Positions 39,695 to 52,722 of a DNA stretch of 60,000 bases are shown piece after piece; position 1 is the first letter of the stretch, and every line of letters begins with the position of its first letter. The notes under the pieces are model-generated. The model was not told the origin of the DNA, searched no databases, and was given only the letters and a program-made list of their open reading frames with translations. The position numbers were made by a program, and so were the translations under genes. Origin of the DNA: Mobula hypostoma (taxonomy: Eukaryota); contig NC_086097.1 of assembly GCF_963921235.1 (NCBI RefSeq), positions 54,314,001-54,374,000 of the forward strand. Direction: 5' to 3'.

Positions 39695-41662
39695 CACCTC
39701 TTCCTACAGATGCTGCTTGGCCTGCTGCGTTCACCAGCAACTTTGATGTGTGTTGCTGTTAATTTACTCAGTTTTAACATGAAAGGGTTAAATCACCCTG
39801 TTAAACGTAATAAGATTTTTGCTTATATTAAGAAATTTAAGGTCCCTATTATTTTTTTTACAGGAAACTCACATACACAAATGTGAAAAATTTATGTTTT
39901 TTTAGCCGTTGGAATGGATTTCGTTTTCATTCTTCTTTTCAGGCCAAATCTAGAGGAGTTTCGATTCTTACAGATAATACACTTTCCTCTGTCCAACATA
40001 AAGTAATATCTAATACTAATGGACATTTTGTTATAGTTTCAGGAAAACTAGATAATAAATTAATAGTATTTGCCAATGTGTATGCCCCAAATATAGATGA
40101 CCCAGGATTTTTTGAACATTTTTTTTTCATTTTTACCAGATCTCAAACTTTATTCTTTGGTGATGGGAGGAGATTTTAACTGTTGGCTAGACCCAATTTT
40201 AGACTGATCATCTTCTAAACCAGCGTCTCTCAATAAATCAGCTTTGTCTATTCAATCCTTTTTATTGAAGTGTGGTATAGTTGATGTTTGGTGTTTTTTA
40301 CATCCTTTAGATAGGGAGTATTCATTTTTTTCCCATGTTCAACATACATATTCCAGGATTGATTTTATTTTATCGATAGTCAAATGATTTCATCAGATCG
40401 TTCCTGTGAATATAAAGAGATTACCGTTTCAGATCATGCTCCTATATTTCTATCTTTAAAACTCCCTGGTCTTCTTCAAACCAACAGATTCTGGCGTTTT
40501 AATACAACTTTGTTATCTGATAAGGAATTTTTAAAATTTCTGCAGAAGCATATTATTTTGTTTTTTGAAGAGAATAAAAAGGAAGAGACTTCTAATCTTA
40601 TTGTATGGGATACTTTCAAGGCCTATAGTAGAGGAGAAATTATTTCTTATACTGTGAGTGTTAAGAATAAAGCTAATAAAGAAAGAATTGAATTAGCCAA
40701 TCAATTGAAACAATTAGATCAAAAATATGCTATAACTCCAGATCCTGTTTTATATAAAAGATGAGTTGAAGTTAAAACTAAATATGATCTTCTGTTAACA
40801 TATCCAATTGAAACTCAACTTCTTAAAGATAAAACTCAATTTTACATTCACTGAGATAAATCAGGCAAAGTATTGGCCAACCAATTAAAAAACTTCTGTA
40901 GTTAAAAGACAAAGTAAAGAAATTTGCAAAACTAATGGTGATAGAACAACTGATTACTCTGGAATAAATGATATTTTTAGAGAATTCTGTTCTAAACTTT
41001 ATAGTTCTGATTCCCCTATAGATAATACTGTAATGAATAATTATCTAGATCAATTAAATATCTCTGCACTTTCTGCAGATAATTGCAAACAGACGGATCA
41101 ACCCATTTCTTATGAGGAAGTAGCTGAGGCTATATGTTCATTACACTCAGGGAAGGCTCCGGGTCCAGATGGATTTTCTAGAGAATTTTATAAGGCTTTT
41201 TCTTCATTAATTATACCACTTAGTCTTTTCGGATTCTTTCAAATTGGTAGTTTGCCTCAATCTTTTTATGAAGCTTCTATTTCACTTATCCTAAAAAAGA
41301 ACAATGATCCAACTGAATGCCCTTCATATAGGCCAATTTCATTACTCAAAGTTGATACTAAAATTCTTTCTAAAGTTCTGGCTCGTAGGATTGAAAATAT
41401 TTTACCTTCTATTATTTCTGATGATCAGACTGCATTTATTAAAAACTGACATTCCCATTTTAATATACGCTGTGTATTAAATGTTACTTACTCTCCTCCT
41501 CAGGAGATATCAGAATGTGTGATATCCTTAGATGCTGAGAAAGCCTTCAATTGGGTTGAATGGAATTATTTATTTAAAACCTCAGAAAAATTTAATTTTG
41601 GACCAGATTTTATTCAATGGATTAAATTTTGCTTGGGTTCTTACTAATTTTCAAAATTCCAA

Positions 41663-42215
41663 CAGAGGAGGAGGAGAAGATGGCGTTGCGACGTAGCGCG
41701 CGCGGCCTCTCCGGTGAATGATATCTGTTATCTGTCAAGTAGGGGACCGTGCACAATTCTGATTTGATGGAGACAGACATGAGAGTATGGAGGAACATCT
41801 GGAGAAATCGCTGACACTGCTACTGTGTGGTAACCAGAATCTCTGGAGCAGAAGGCCCCAAATCCTCGGCTTTGCTTGCTTCGGCGGCCGGGGCTAGGTC
41901 GAAGGCGCTCGGCAGAGTTTGGCGCTTGGGAGGCTGTATCGGAGGGGCTGGTTGGAGGCTCGAAGTTTTCAGATGAACGGACTCGGTGTCGGCTGTGGTC
42001 GGCTGCTTCCAAGGCATCGGCAGTTGTTGGTGCCTGGAGGTTTATGGCAGGGAGTTTCTCCCTTTTGCCACCTGCTATCCGGGACTCAGGAGACGATTGA
42101 CTTGGGATTTGTTTTCTGTGATACCACTCTGGAGGAACATTGTATCATTTCTTAATGCATGTATGCATTTTTAAACGACAATAAAAGAGGACTGAGTGTT
42201 CTCATAATCTAATCT
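41663..42215 (+). mobile_element. Unclassified ~550-bp CpG-rich non-coding retroposon nested in the L1 RT region
   Basis: Interrupts L1 NS|KPFKL. Starts gaggagaagatggcg and ends AATAAA...(aatct)2. Confidence 0.75.
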
Positions 42216-42699
42216 AAACCATTTAAACTTCACCACGGAACTAAACAAAGCTGTCCGTTGAGTCCTTTGCTTTTTGATCTAGCTTTAGAACCCCTTGCCA
42301 TTGCTTTTTGAGAATCTAATGATATCTGTGGTATTTTAAGGAGAGGTATCACCCACAAAATCTCGCTTAAGTTTACGCTGATATATTGCTTTTTATCTCT
42401 AATGTTGAGACCTCGTTACCTTGCGTACTTTCTTTACTTTCCCATTTTAGCCAGTTTTCAGGATATAAATTGAACCTACATAAGAGTGAATTATTTCCTT
42501 TAAATAATTTGGTATCAATTAATACTAATCTCCCTTCTGAAATTGTAAGGAATCAATTTACTTATTTGGGTGCAACAGTCACTAAGAATTACAAACACCT
42601 GTTTAAAGAAAACTTTTTTACTTTATTGAACCATGTAAAAAAGATATTATTAAATTGGTCACCTCTTTCAATATCGTTGATTGGACAAATTAATTCTAA

Positions 42700-43132
42700 T
42701 TTTTTTGTGGTATCTGTTAGTCTCGCGAGACCATTGCTCTGCGCCAGGAAAGTCTTGTTTCAGCCTGTGTTGGTAGAGCAGCGTCTGTTGTGACTGTAGA
42801 GGCTCACACAGGAGTGATAGTCTCGGCTGTAGCCACTGCACTTGAAGGCGCTGTCCTTCAGTGTTATCTTGGTGCTTTTTTTCCGATGAGTGCACTTCTC
42901 TTCTCCTCTTTTTAGACCTCTGCGTAGTTCCAGCCTCCAGCAAGAGCAATCGCTTGCGATGTCCTCCCACCTCTCGACGTTCATGTTCAGTGATTTCATG
43001 TCTCTCTTGCAGACATCTTTGAAACGAAGATGGGGCTGCCCTTGTGCTCTCTTGCCGGAGGCCAGTTCCCTGTATGGCAGGTCTTTCAGGATCCTCCCAT
43101 CTGACATACGGAGTACGTGGCCCAGCCAGCGG
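42700..43132 (-). mobile_element. RTE-clade LINE 3' fragment nested in L1 ORF2
   Basis: RWLGHVLRMSDGRILKDL...RFKDVCKRDMK with a C2H2-like remnant. Splits L1 GQINS|KMNILPK. Confidence 0.85.
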
Positions 43133-44823
43133 AAAAAATGAATATTCTACCTAAATTTTTTAATCTTTTTCAGGCTTTACCCATTTTTATTCCTAACTCC
43201 TTTTTTGACTCTCTTGAATCTATTTTATCTTCCTATATATAGAAAAATAAATGTCATTTAAATAAAGTTCATCTTCAAAAACCTAAAAAGTCTGGAGGTT
43301 TAGCCTTACCTAATTTTAGGTTTTATTACTGGGCAGTTAATATATATCATCTTATGTTTTGGCTATATTAATCGTGTAGACTGTCCGGTATGGGTTTCTT
43401 TAGAAGCTAACTCGGTTAATAAATTTTCTATTAATTCTCTTCTTGGATCCTCACTTCCTTTATTTGTAAGTAAGCTAACTGATAATTTAATAGTTAAACA
43501 TACTCTGAGGATCTGGATACAATTTAGAAAACATTTTGGTTTATTGAGCTTTTCCCTTTCTAGTCCCATTTATTCTAATTTTTTTAAACCCTCCATGACT
43601 GATTTGGGTTTTAAAGAATGGGACGGGTTGGGTATTAAATGTTTTTGGGATCTGTTTGTTGGAGGAAATTTTTTTTCATTGGAGCAATTGTCAGCTAAAT
43701 ATAGCTTACCCAAAACTCACTATTTTTATATATCTACAAATCAGAGACTTTCTAAGATCTCAATTATGCATATTACCTATAAACTCTGATAAGAACTTAC
43801 TAGATGTAATTTTTAATTTGACAACTTTTTATAATGGTTCAATATCTAATATTTATGGTATGTTACTGGAGACGAGGAACGTTCCTTTAGACAAAATTAA
43901 GAATCCAACAAGATTTGCAGACATCGATATCTGAGGAAACTTGGAATGAAATTTTTAAACTGGTTAATACTTCATCGCTATGTGCGCGTCCTTCCCTCAT
44001 ACAATTTAAGGTGGTACATAGAGTCCATATGACTAAAGATAGGCCATCTCATCTTTATTTGGATATATCTCCCTACTGTGACAGATGTAATAATGGAGAA
44101 GCTTCATTAATTCATATGTTTTGGACTTGTCCATGTCTTGAAAAATATTGGAAGGAAGTTTTTCAAATTTTTTCTTTACTTTTCAAAGTCAACTTTAAGC
44201 CTAATCCTCTTACGGCCCTATTCGGTATTGTTGCAGGACAAGATATCAAGCTGAAGACATCTGACTTACATATTTTGGCCTTTAGCTCTCTTATAGCTAG
44301 GAGGGCACTTTTGTTTAAATGGAAAGATGTTTCTCCTCCTACTCATGCTCAATGGTTATGCGACAATATGTCATGCTTAAATTTAGAGAACATTCGTTGT
44401 TCAATTTCTGAATCTCGTCAAGACTTTCAAATATTGTGGGGATCCTTTCTGAATTATTTTCAAAACTTTCAGAACCCTCAATTTGTTGTTTATATTTAGA
44501 CGTTGGCTATTATTAAATTCTATTGTACAAGAAGGTACTTTACCTTTTTTTAACTCCTTAATAAACAGCTTCGGTCTTCGTAGGGGTTAGACTCTTTTTT
44601 TGTAATAAATTAGTATATTTCAATATAACTTTGTCTAACCTACATGAATACAGGGTAATGAGATTGTTATGAATATATATATATTGTAATTGGTAGTTTT
44701 TTTTACCTTTATACTGTATATACTTTCTTGTACTCTGTATTCTATGTAGAAACTAATAAAAATATTAAAAGAGAAAACATGTAGAAGGGTAAAAAGGCAT
44801 CACATTTTGCGTACATGAAAATC

Positions 44824-44829
44824 TTTATT
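44824..44829 (-). terminator. Candidate GMFB distal polyadenylation signal
   Basis: AATAAA on - at the end of a ~2.7-kb AT-rich stretch with no recognisable repeats following the GMFB stop. Confidence 0.55.
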
Positions 44830-47521
44830 TTGCACCCACAGAAAGAAACCCAAAAATATCAATAATTGCACCACATACAATGTAGTTCAGTTACAGTTAA
44901 CCTTTATACTTACTGCTAGCATCATGCATTTCAGGATACAGACATGTCACATCTCATTTTAGTACAAATCATTCAAATGAGCAGTACATCAATCTGAAAA
45001 GCTCTTTAAAGTGGTACAAAAATTGTAATTTTCTTTTATGCAGTTGTAATCCCAATAACAAACTTGTGTCTATAGTGTTAACATAATAAAGCACCTCAAG
45101 GCACTTCACAGCTTCAAATACAAAAAAAAATTGACACAATCAAATGATAGATTAGCACTGATGGTCAAAAGGCTTCCTTTTAAAGTTAATTACAAAGAGG
45201 TACACTGAAAGTTTAAGGAGAGAATTTCAGAGCATAGGCTGTTAAAGATAGTCACTGATGCTACTGCAATTAAAGCACATGTTTGCAGGAGTCAAACTAT
45301 AGTAGCATAAATAGTTGGGCGAGAGATCGGAAAGGGACAAGACCATAGCATTTTGAAAACAAATAAATTAAAATTGAGGTGTTGCCAGACTGGGAACTGG
45401 GTGTATTAAAAGGCATGAGTAGACATTTAATATGATTAAACAAAAACGCAGCAAAAATGCTCATACTATACAAGGACATCTTGGCAAGACTGCATTTCTT
45501 AATAACTTGACCATTTAGTTTTAAGATAACATTGGACATATTGAGCAGTTATGAATTCCATTTTCAGATGGTACAAATTAAGCATGCAACAAACAAAATG
45601 CATAACATATATCAAATAATGTATTCCAAGATTAATATCTATTAAAAAATTGAGCAATATGATGTTAAAAATATCACTGTGGATTTAGCACAAGACATTA
45701 TACAAGACATACATTTTTCAGCTGAATGCAGTTTGGAATGCTCATTAGAAAAGTAAGAAAAAGAGACTGTGTAAAAACTATTTGCCAAGATTCAGATGTA
45801 AATTGTAGTTTGAACACTTCTGCAAGTCTCCATTTAATAAATGAAATTCTGTTTGCAGCTTCCATGGGAAGGATGCCATAGCATTGCAACAATTGCTACT
45901 GCAATACATTAAGTACCCACACATGCCTAATTAACTCAAGCACTGAAAGCATTAACTTCATCATTTAAATCATATGTAACAAATGGAATTTAAGATTTTC
46001 TTGTACAAAATGAAACCTATTTAGCTGAATCCAACTTATTCAAATGCAAGTAGATTATCTGAAATCCAAAACCAAGAGATTATCCTGTCGTAAACTACCT
46101 TGCAAGTGATTTAAAATAAGTAAAATGTTAAATTAGAAACACAGACATAGGAACAACTTAAAAAAAAATAGACTGGGGGAAAATTATCACTGAAGGTATC
46201 CTTAGACTAAATAACCCACCATGAAACCATTTATTCATTCTTAAACTTTACAGTACATGTTCTAATTCAGTATAATTTGTATAGACTTAACATTTTCAAA
46301 TATGCTAACTAGATTTAGTGTTCCATGGGATTTGTTTTTTTAAAAAAATCATTTTTTAAAAATGCCCCTTTAATAGAAAATCAACTAGATACTGAAAACT
46401 AACTTTCACAGGGAGTAAGTTCCAGAAGCAGCCATGAATACCATTTATCCTTCTCTGATTCTGCTCAACTAGCTTATGAGCAGGGTTTACAGAGCTGAAT
46501 GGGACTTGTTTGCTGGGAGTGTTGCCTTTAAGTATCAAGGTGGTAAGTCATAAGGCATAGGTAAAGGCAACAATCATAATCAGTTTCCAGGGCATTTAAT
46601 ACTTTGGATTAAATGTCTGCAAATGGATTGTGTTCTGTGGCCATCCAACTCAAAAACCACCCTTCTTAAAAAAAACAGTAGAAGAAAGTCTCCCTCACTG
46701 GCTGTCTAGTTTAGACGGTTAAGTTCGTTATGTGGAATGCCTTTGTCACTGCCAGGATAATTGCTAGTTTGGAAGATTCTTGTGAAGACACTTGAGACAA
46801 AAAATGTGGGTCATGACAGAGAAAAACTCGCAAAACCATGAAAGTTAAATATGCCAAAGATAAGGTTTTACTTTAAAATAGTCAACCGATACTATTAATT
46901 CATTAATGAATACATATTTTAGTATGGCTACAAATTGGGCTTTTCAATATTTTTCAAGTTTTGAAGTGTACCAATGAAAACCAATTATGGAATTTATATG
47001 GAAAATTCATGAAAGAATCAAAAATAAAATACATGACCAGCACAGTCATAGAGTGTTTTAATTTTTAAAACAGTATGTGAAAACTTTGGATGATTTGAAG
47101 GATAAGGCAGGGTCAACGCAGAAGCCTATTTATCTGAAAAGAATAGTTTTCACACTGTAGTGTGTTCTACACAATAACATGTTTAGATAAATTCATTAAT
47201 TGGTAATCCTTAAAGGAAAAAGAATGATGATGATTGCCTGGATTATGCTTAAACCAGAGGTCAAAATGACCATACTATCCACGTATGCTCGAAAACTCTG
47301 ACCTTAACTTATTTTTCTGGCTTACACCAAGAACAGAACAAGGTTAAGTGCTTGATAAGTTAATGTTTTGAAAAACTGCATTCAACATTTTCACAGTGCT
47401 TAAATCCAAATACAACTTTGAACACAAAGTATAAAAATCACTTAATTTTCCAGTTTATATGCGTATTTAAAATTCAAGCTCATGTCATTCATATGAAGTG
47501 AAACAGAATACTGTAACTTTG

Positions 47522-47593
47522 TTAACGGAAAAATCCAAGTTTTTTGCAAAGCCACTCTTCAGTGAAGTCTTCTGTATTTCTAATTTCAAACAC
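47522..47593 (-). CDS. GMFB: Glia maturation factor beta, last exon (VFEIRNTEDFTEEWLCKKLGFFR*)
   Basis: ctttcag acceptor and TAA; GMFB-like C-terminus; synteny with CNIH1. Confidence 0.93.
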   Translation of the reverse strand: MFEIRNTEDFTEEWLCKKLGFFR

Positions 47594-47949
47594 CTGAAAG
47601 ACAAATACACAAATTAACAGCTCAGACCAGTCTCTATTGTGAAGTAAATCAACAAGGAACATTCATTAAAAAAGAGCTTCTTTAACAATAGGCTATACTT
47701 AAGCAATTCAGTAAAAACTTTACAAGATTTCTTTAAATTATATATCATAACACAGCTCTCAAAATGTGCTCCACTTTAAACCAGTACTAAACAGTGCTCC
47801 CAGTATCCAAGGGAGCAGAAGAGGATGGCAAGGAATTATGATCAGTGCCCTATCACTATCAATAGCAAAAAAATATATATATTATATATATTATATATAT
47901 AAGTACTTTTTCCTTAAGAAACAAAAAAGGTTAAATTCAAACCTCTCAC

Positions 47950-48023
47950 CTTGGTAAATTCTGCTATATCCACCAATCCAATTTTGCTACCAGCATACAT
48001 CATCTGCTGTTCAGGCTTGCAAC
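47950..48023 (-). CDS. GMFB: GMFB penultimate exon ([25 protein letters not shown])
   Basis: ttttag acceptor and gtgaga donor; 74 bp; ADF-H motif MMYAGSK. Confidence 0.93.
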
Positions 48024-48378
48024 CTAAAATTAAAGGCAGAAAGTAAAGCTTTGATTAGAAGCCACTAATCTTTAAAATCATAAGAGGGACTGTTCTGCAT
48101 TGATACATGAAGAGTATTTATTTTACATAGCCCATCCTACTTTTAACAAAGGGTAAGGAACATATGCATGTCAAAGAAAACTCTCCACACATATATTATC
48201 ACAATTATAAAGGTTAAGGACGAGAATAAAAGAGTGAGTCACAAAGCCCCAAAACTGCTGTACCACGCAGAGATTGAAGCTCCACTCACAAATCCCAGTG
48301 AGACAACCCCATTACAGTCTAAAAAGCCACTTTCCTTGACCATCAATATATTCAATGATTCAACTTCCACAGCTGTCT

Positions 48379-48395
48379 GATATATATATATATAT

Positions 48396-48427
<32 letters not shown>
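48379..48427. repeat. (TA)n(CA)n microsatellite
   Basis: Read directly from the sequence. Confidence 0.95.
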
Positions 48428-48432
<5 letters not shown>

Positions 48433-49363
48433 ACAGTGCCTTATTCTGATAGTCTTCCCCAGTTAAATTTAGATTTCTGTACTGTTAAAAAACATTCTCT
48501 AAGCATATATTCTTGTCAATTTCCTGAACTCCAATGAGGCGGCCTAATCTGCTCCGCCTTTCAAGGCAAACCCATCATCCCTGGAACCAAATCAAGTGAA
48601 CCTATCTTAACTACCTCCAAAGTATATTCTTCATTAAATAAGAACAGTACACAGTATTCTTGAGTGTAATTCTTTTTCCACAGTTCACTCAGGTTACCAT
48701 AATGTTAAGCCATAACCCAAAATTATGACCAAATATTGGAAGTAGTGTCAGGGTGAGTACTTTTTCAAATGAACTAAGATATATAGTTAAAGACCATGAT
48801 GGGGTATGACAACCAAGCAGAAAATAGGTTCCCCTATTCAAGCCTCAAAAGAAAGTTTATCTTCTAAAGATGTCAACTGCTGTACTGCATCTTCAAGCAC
48901 TGAATGCAGAATCATGAATTGAGTAACTGAGAATCATAAACTATTGCAATGTACATTACAGGTACGAAAGCATGCTAAGTATCATTATTTACATCACCTG
49001 ACATTATGCACTAAACTGATATCAATGTAAATGAGCACCTTGCAGGTTTTCAATTTCCTTTGTGCTGTGTTTAAAATATGAATTTGACAATCTTACAGAA
49101 CTTTACAGGCAAAACATCTATTCTGTAATTAGAGCTCAATTTTGACATGTTAATTGTCACTGTTCTTCAAGTGCTTAAAACTACATTTTAGGTCAAAAAT
49201 ATAGCTTCTGCAATTCTATATTTAACAAATCACTGAGTATACATAACAATGGAACAGTCTTGCAGATTCTTAATTTTCAGTTAAGAGTTTCACTTTTATA
49301 ACTGGTCTGTGCAAGAAAGTGAGAAATCTGTGTTAGCAAATAAAGCGAGTACGCACCCTTTCA

Positions 49364-49568
49364 GCAACACACAAAGGTGCTGGAGGTATTTAGTGGATCA
49401 TGTAGCATATTTAGAGTGAGGTGGACAGTCGATTGTACTAGTCAAGACAGATGAAGGGTCACAACATGAAACACTGACTGTCCATTTCCCTCCAAAGATG
49501 CTGCTTGACCTGCTAGTTCCTTCAGAACCTGTGCATGTTGCTCCAGATTTACAGCATCTACAATGTCT
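49364..49568. mobile_element. Hairpin-shaped Penelope end remnant
   Basis: ggacagtc...gactgtcc arms around gatgaagggtc..gaaac. Confidence 0.68.
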
Positions 49569-49782
49569 GGCACCTCCATATAACCTTTGAAGAAGAGGCA
49601 GAAGGAATTACAACAGGGAACACAAAACTGGCTGCAATATCAAATGAATGGTATTTATTTCTTTGGAATAGACAAAATAACTCAATGGACAAGAACAATA
49701 ATTACCAGAGAGCATCAATATTCACAAATGAGTCTCCACTTAATTCCATTGTCAACTTTAAAATGTATCATTTCTTCATTGT

Positions 49783-51150
49783 TTGAAAATCAGGTTTATT
49801 ATCACTAACATCCATGGAGAAACTTATTTTGCAGCAGTACTAGAGTGCAAGGTATAAAAATAAGTTACAAAAATAAATAAAAAAGGAATAACAAGGTGGT
49901 GTTCATAGACCATTCAGAAATCTGATGGTGAGGAAGATGCTGTTCCTGAATCATTGAGTGTGGGGCTTCAGGTTCCTGTACCTACAAGCTCATGGTGGTA
50001 ACAAGACGAGGGCATGTTCCAGATGGTGCCTTCCGGAGGTATTACTTCTTGAAGATACCCATGATGGGGGGAGGGTTGTGCCTATGATAAAGCTGGCTGA
50101 GTCTACAGCTCTCTGCAGCCTCTTGCAGTCTAGTGCACTGCAGTCTCCACCATACGTCTGTAGAAATTTGTAAGAGTCTTTGGTTACATACAAAATCTAT
50201 TCAAAGAAGAACCATTGGTGTGCCTTCTCAATGATGACATCAGAGTGCTGGGCCCAAGATAGATCCTCAGATATTGGTCCCAAATTAACTTGAGGCTGCT
50301 CACCTTTTCCACTCCTCAAGGAGGACAGGCGTGTGTTCTCCAACTTTCCCTTCCTGAAATACACAATCAATTCCCTGGTCTTGCTGCTGTTGAGTGCAAG
50401 GTTGTTGCTGTGACACCAATCAGCCAATCTATCTCATTTCCAAACACTTCCTTGTCACTTTCTGAGATTCTACCAATAGTACTGGTGTCATCATCACATT
50501 TACAGGTGGTGTTTGAGCTGTGCTTAGCCACACAGTCATAAGTGTAGAAAGAGCAGGGCAGTGGACAAAGCACACCTCCTTGAGGTGCGCCCGAACTGAG
50601 TGTCAATGAGATGTCACCCTCACTAATCCATAATGTGGTCTCACCCTGAGGAAGTCAATGATTCAGTTGCAAGCAGAGGTATGTACAAAGGCCATTTTGA
50701 AACTTGTTGATAAGTAGTGAGGGGATGATGGTGTTGAACACCGAGCTGTAATCGATAATCTGCAGCCTGACGTAGGTATCGCTGTTGAGCAGGTGGTCCA
50801 AAGCAGTGGAGAGCCAGTGACATTGTGCCTGCTGTAGACCTCTTGTGGCCTATTTGCAGCAGGTCCAGATCCTTGTTCAGGCAGGAGTTCAGTCTAGCCA
50901 TGACCTCTAACCTCTCAAAGCATTTCGTCACAGTGCATGTGAGTACGACTGCACAACAGTCCTTGCGGCAGCTCACCCTGCTCCCCTTGGGCACTGGAAT
51001 GATTTCTGTTCTTTTGAAGGAAGCAAGAATCTCCAGCTGCATCAGTGAGATATTGAAGATGTCCTTGAACACTCCAGCCAGTTGGTCTGCACAGATGTTC
51101 AGTACCCTGCCAGGTACACACTCCTGGAACTTACCAGCATCTTCACCTCA
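49783..51150 (-). mobile_element. Rex/Babar LINE RT fragment
   Basis: FKRTEIIPVPK, KCFERL, GAPQGGVLCPL and WCHSNNLALNSSKTRELIV. Confidence 0.87.
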
Positions 51151-51856
51151 AAGATCATAAATGATTTTTAAAAAGTGCTCACCAAATTAAGGACAAGTTA
51201 GTGTGGGTAACAAATTGTTTAGTCACACACTTTTGGGGAATAAACGAACAGGAATGTAGTAACAGTTTGCTTAGAAAACACTAACATCATTTACCAAAAG
51301 GAAATTACATTTCCAAATCTAGAGTTTGGTGTTATCGCTTCTAGAATAGATAAGAAACAACAAGAGATGAGTGCATTTGGCTTTTCAGAGCTTTCGGTAA
51401 TGTACAAGTGGCTGTGCTAAATAACGAGGCCACAAAAGATCTTATCTTAATTTTCATGTGGTTAAAGCCACACATTAAAAAACAAATCATAAGCATGTGG
51501 TTCAGGAGGAGGAAAATTTTTAATTCACTTGCTAAGCTTCACAACTATATAATATTAAAAACCTTTGGGCATTGCAGATGGCTGCAGGAACGTTGTGTCA
51601 AAGATCAAACACAAAGCCAAAGGGCATTCGATACTGCTACAACAGTAAATGAGGTTATGATTGATTCTGAGACTCAAACCCAAACTCATGACCAATTCTA
51701 CTAACCTCAGACCTGAAAGGCTCATTGACTGATCAATCTCAGCTCTTTTGGAGAAACCCAAAAAATATATATTTACGACATTTCTTATTTTAACTCAAAC
51801 TGGCTAATCCCTTATCCAAAAATTCTTCAGTTAAAGGAAATAGCTGCTCAACCTCC

Positions 51857-52555
51857 AGACAGACAGACACACTTTATTGATCCCAAGGGAAATTGGGTTT
51901 CATTACAGTTGCACCAACCAAGAATAGAGTATATATACAGCTATACAAACCATAAATAATTAAATAATATGTAAATCATGCCAGGTGGAAACCAAGTCCA
52001 GGACCAGCCTATTGGCTCAGGGTGTCTGACCCTCCAAGGGAGGAGTTGTAAAATTTGACAGCCACAGGCAGGAATGACTTCCTATGACGCTCTGTGCTGC
52101 ATCTCGGTGGAATGAGTCTCTGGCTGAATGTACTCCTGTACCCAACCAGTACATGTAGTGGATGGGAGACATTGACCAAGATGGCATGCAACTTAGATAG
52201 CATCCTCTTTTCAGACACCACTGTGAGAGAGTACAGTTCCATCCCCACAACATCACTGGCCTTACGAATGAGTTTGTTGATGCTGTTGGTGTCTGCTACC
52301 CTCAGCCTGCTGCCCCAGCACACAACAGCAAACATGATAGCACTGGCCACCACAGACTCGTAGAACATCCTCAGCATCGTCCGGCAGATGTTAAAGGACC
52401 TCAGTCTCCTCAGGAAATAGAGACGGCTCTGACCCTTCTTGTAGACAGCCTCAGTGTTCTTTGACCAGTCCAGTTTATTGTCAATTCGTATCCCCAGGTA
52501 TTTGTAATCCCCACCATGTCCATACTGACCCCCTAGATGGAAATAGGGGTCATCA
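51857..52555 (-). mobile_element. Rex/Babar-like LINE 3' end with (GTCT)n tail
   Basis: YKYLGIRIDNKLDWSKNT...SRLYFLRRLRSFNI; frame largely open. Confidence 0.85.
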
Positions 52556-52722
52556 GTGCCAATCACTCTGAAACCTGAAGCTGAGGCAAGGAATCTTTGA
52601 TGTGATATAGCCAAGGTAAGTGAATGGGCAAGAGGATTCTTTAAACAATGGAAAAACTAGTGAATACATTAAATACTGATGATACTCAGAAGGTTAAATT
52701 GTATGTTGGAGAGCAACAAAGG

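Larger units (their letters stand above)
37933..39755 (+). mobile_element. Young 5'-truncated Penelope-like retroelement, probably Neptune-type
   Basis: 10-bp TSD ctgttaattt at 37923-37932 and 39756-39765. RT-GIY-YIG ORF and a 3' hammerhead motif. Confidence 0.95.
37913..44499 (+). pseudogene. L1 ORF2 remnant (APE, RT, Cys-rich domain), interrupted
   Basis: [60 protein letters not shown] and CDRC..HMFWTC, with many stops and frameshifts. Confidence 0.92.
36326..44773 (+). mobile_element. Full-length LINE-1, decayed, with three nested insertions
   Basis: 17-bp TSD aaaacatgtagaagggt at 36309-36325 and 44774-44790 within a TTTTT/AAAAA target. ORF1 and ORF2 remnants, AATAAA and an A-rich tail. 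Confidence 0.95.
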
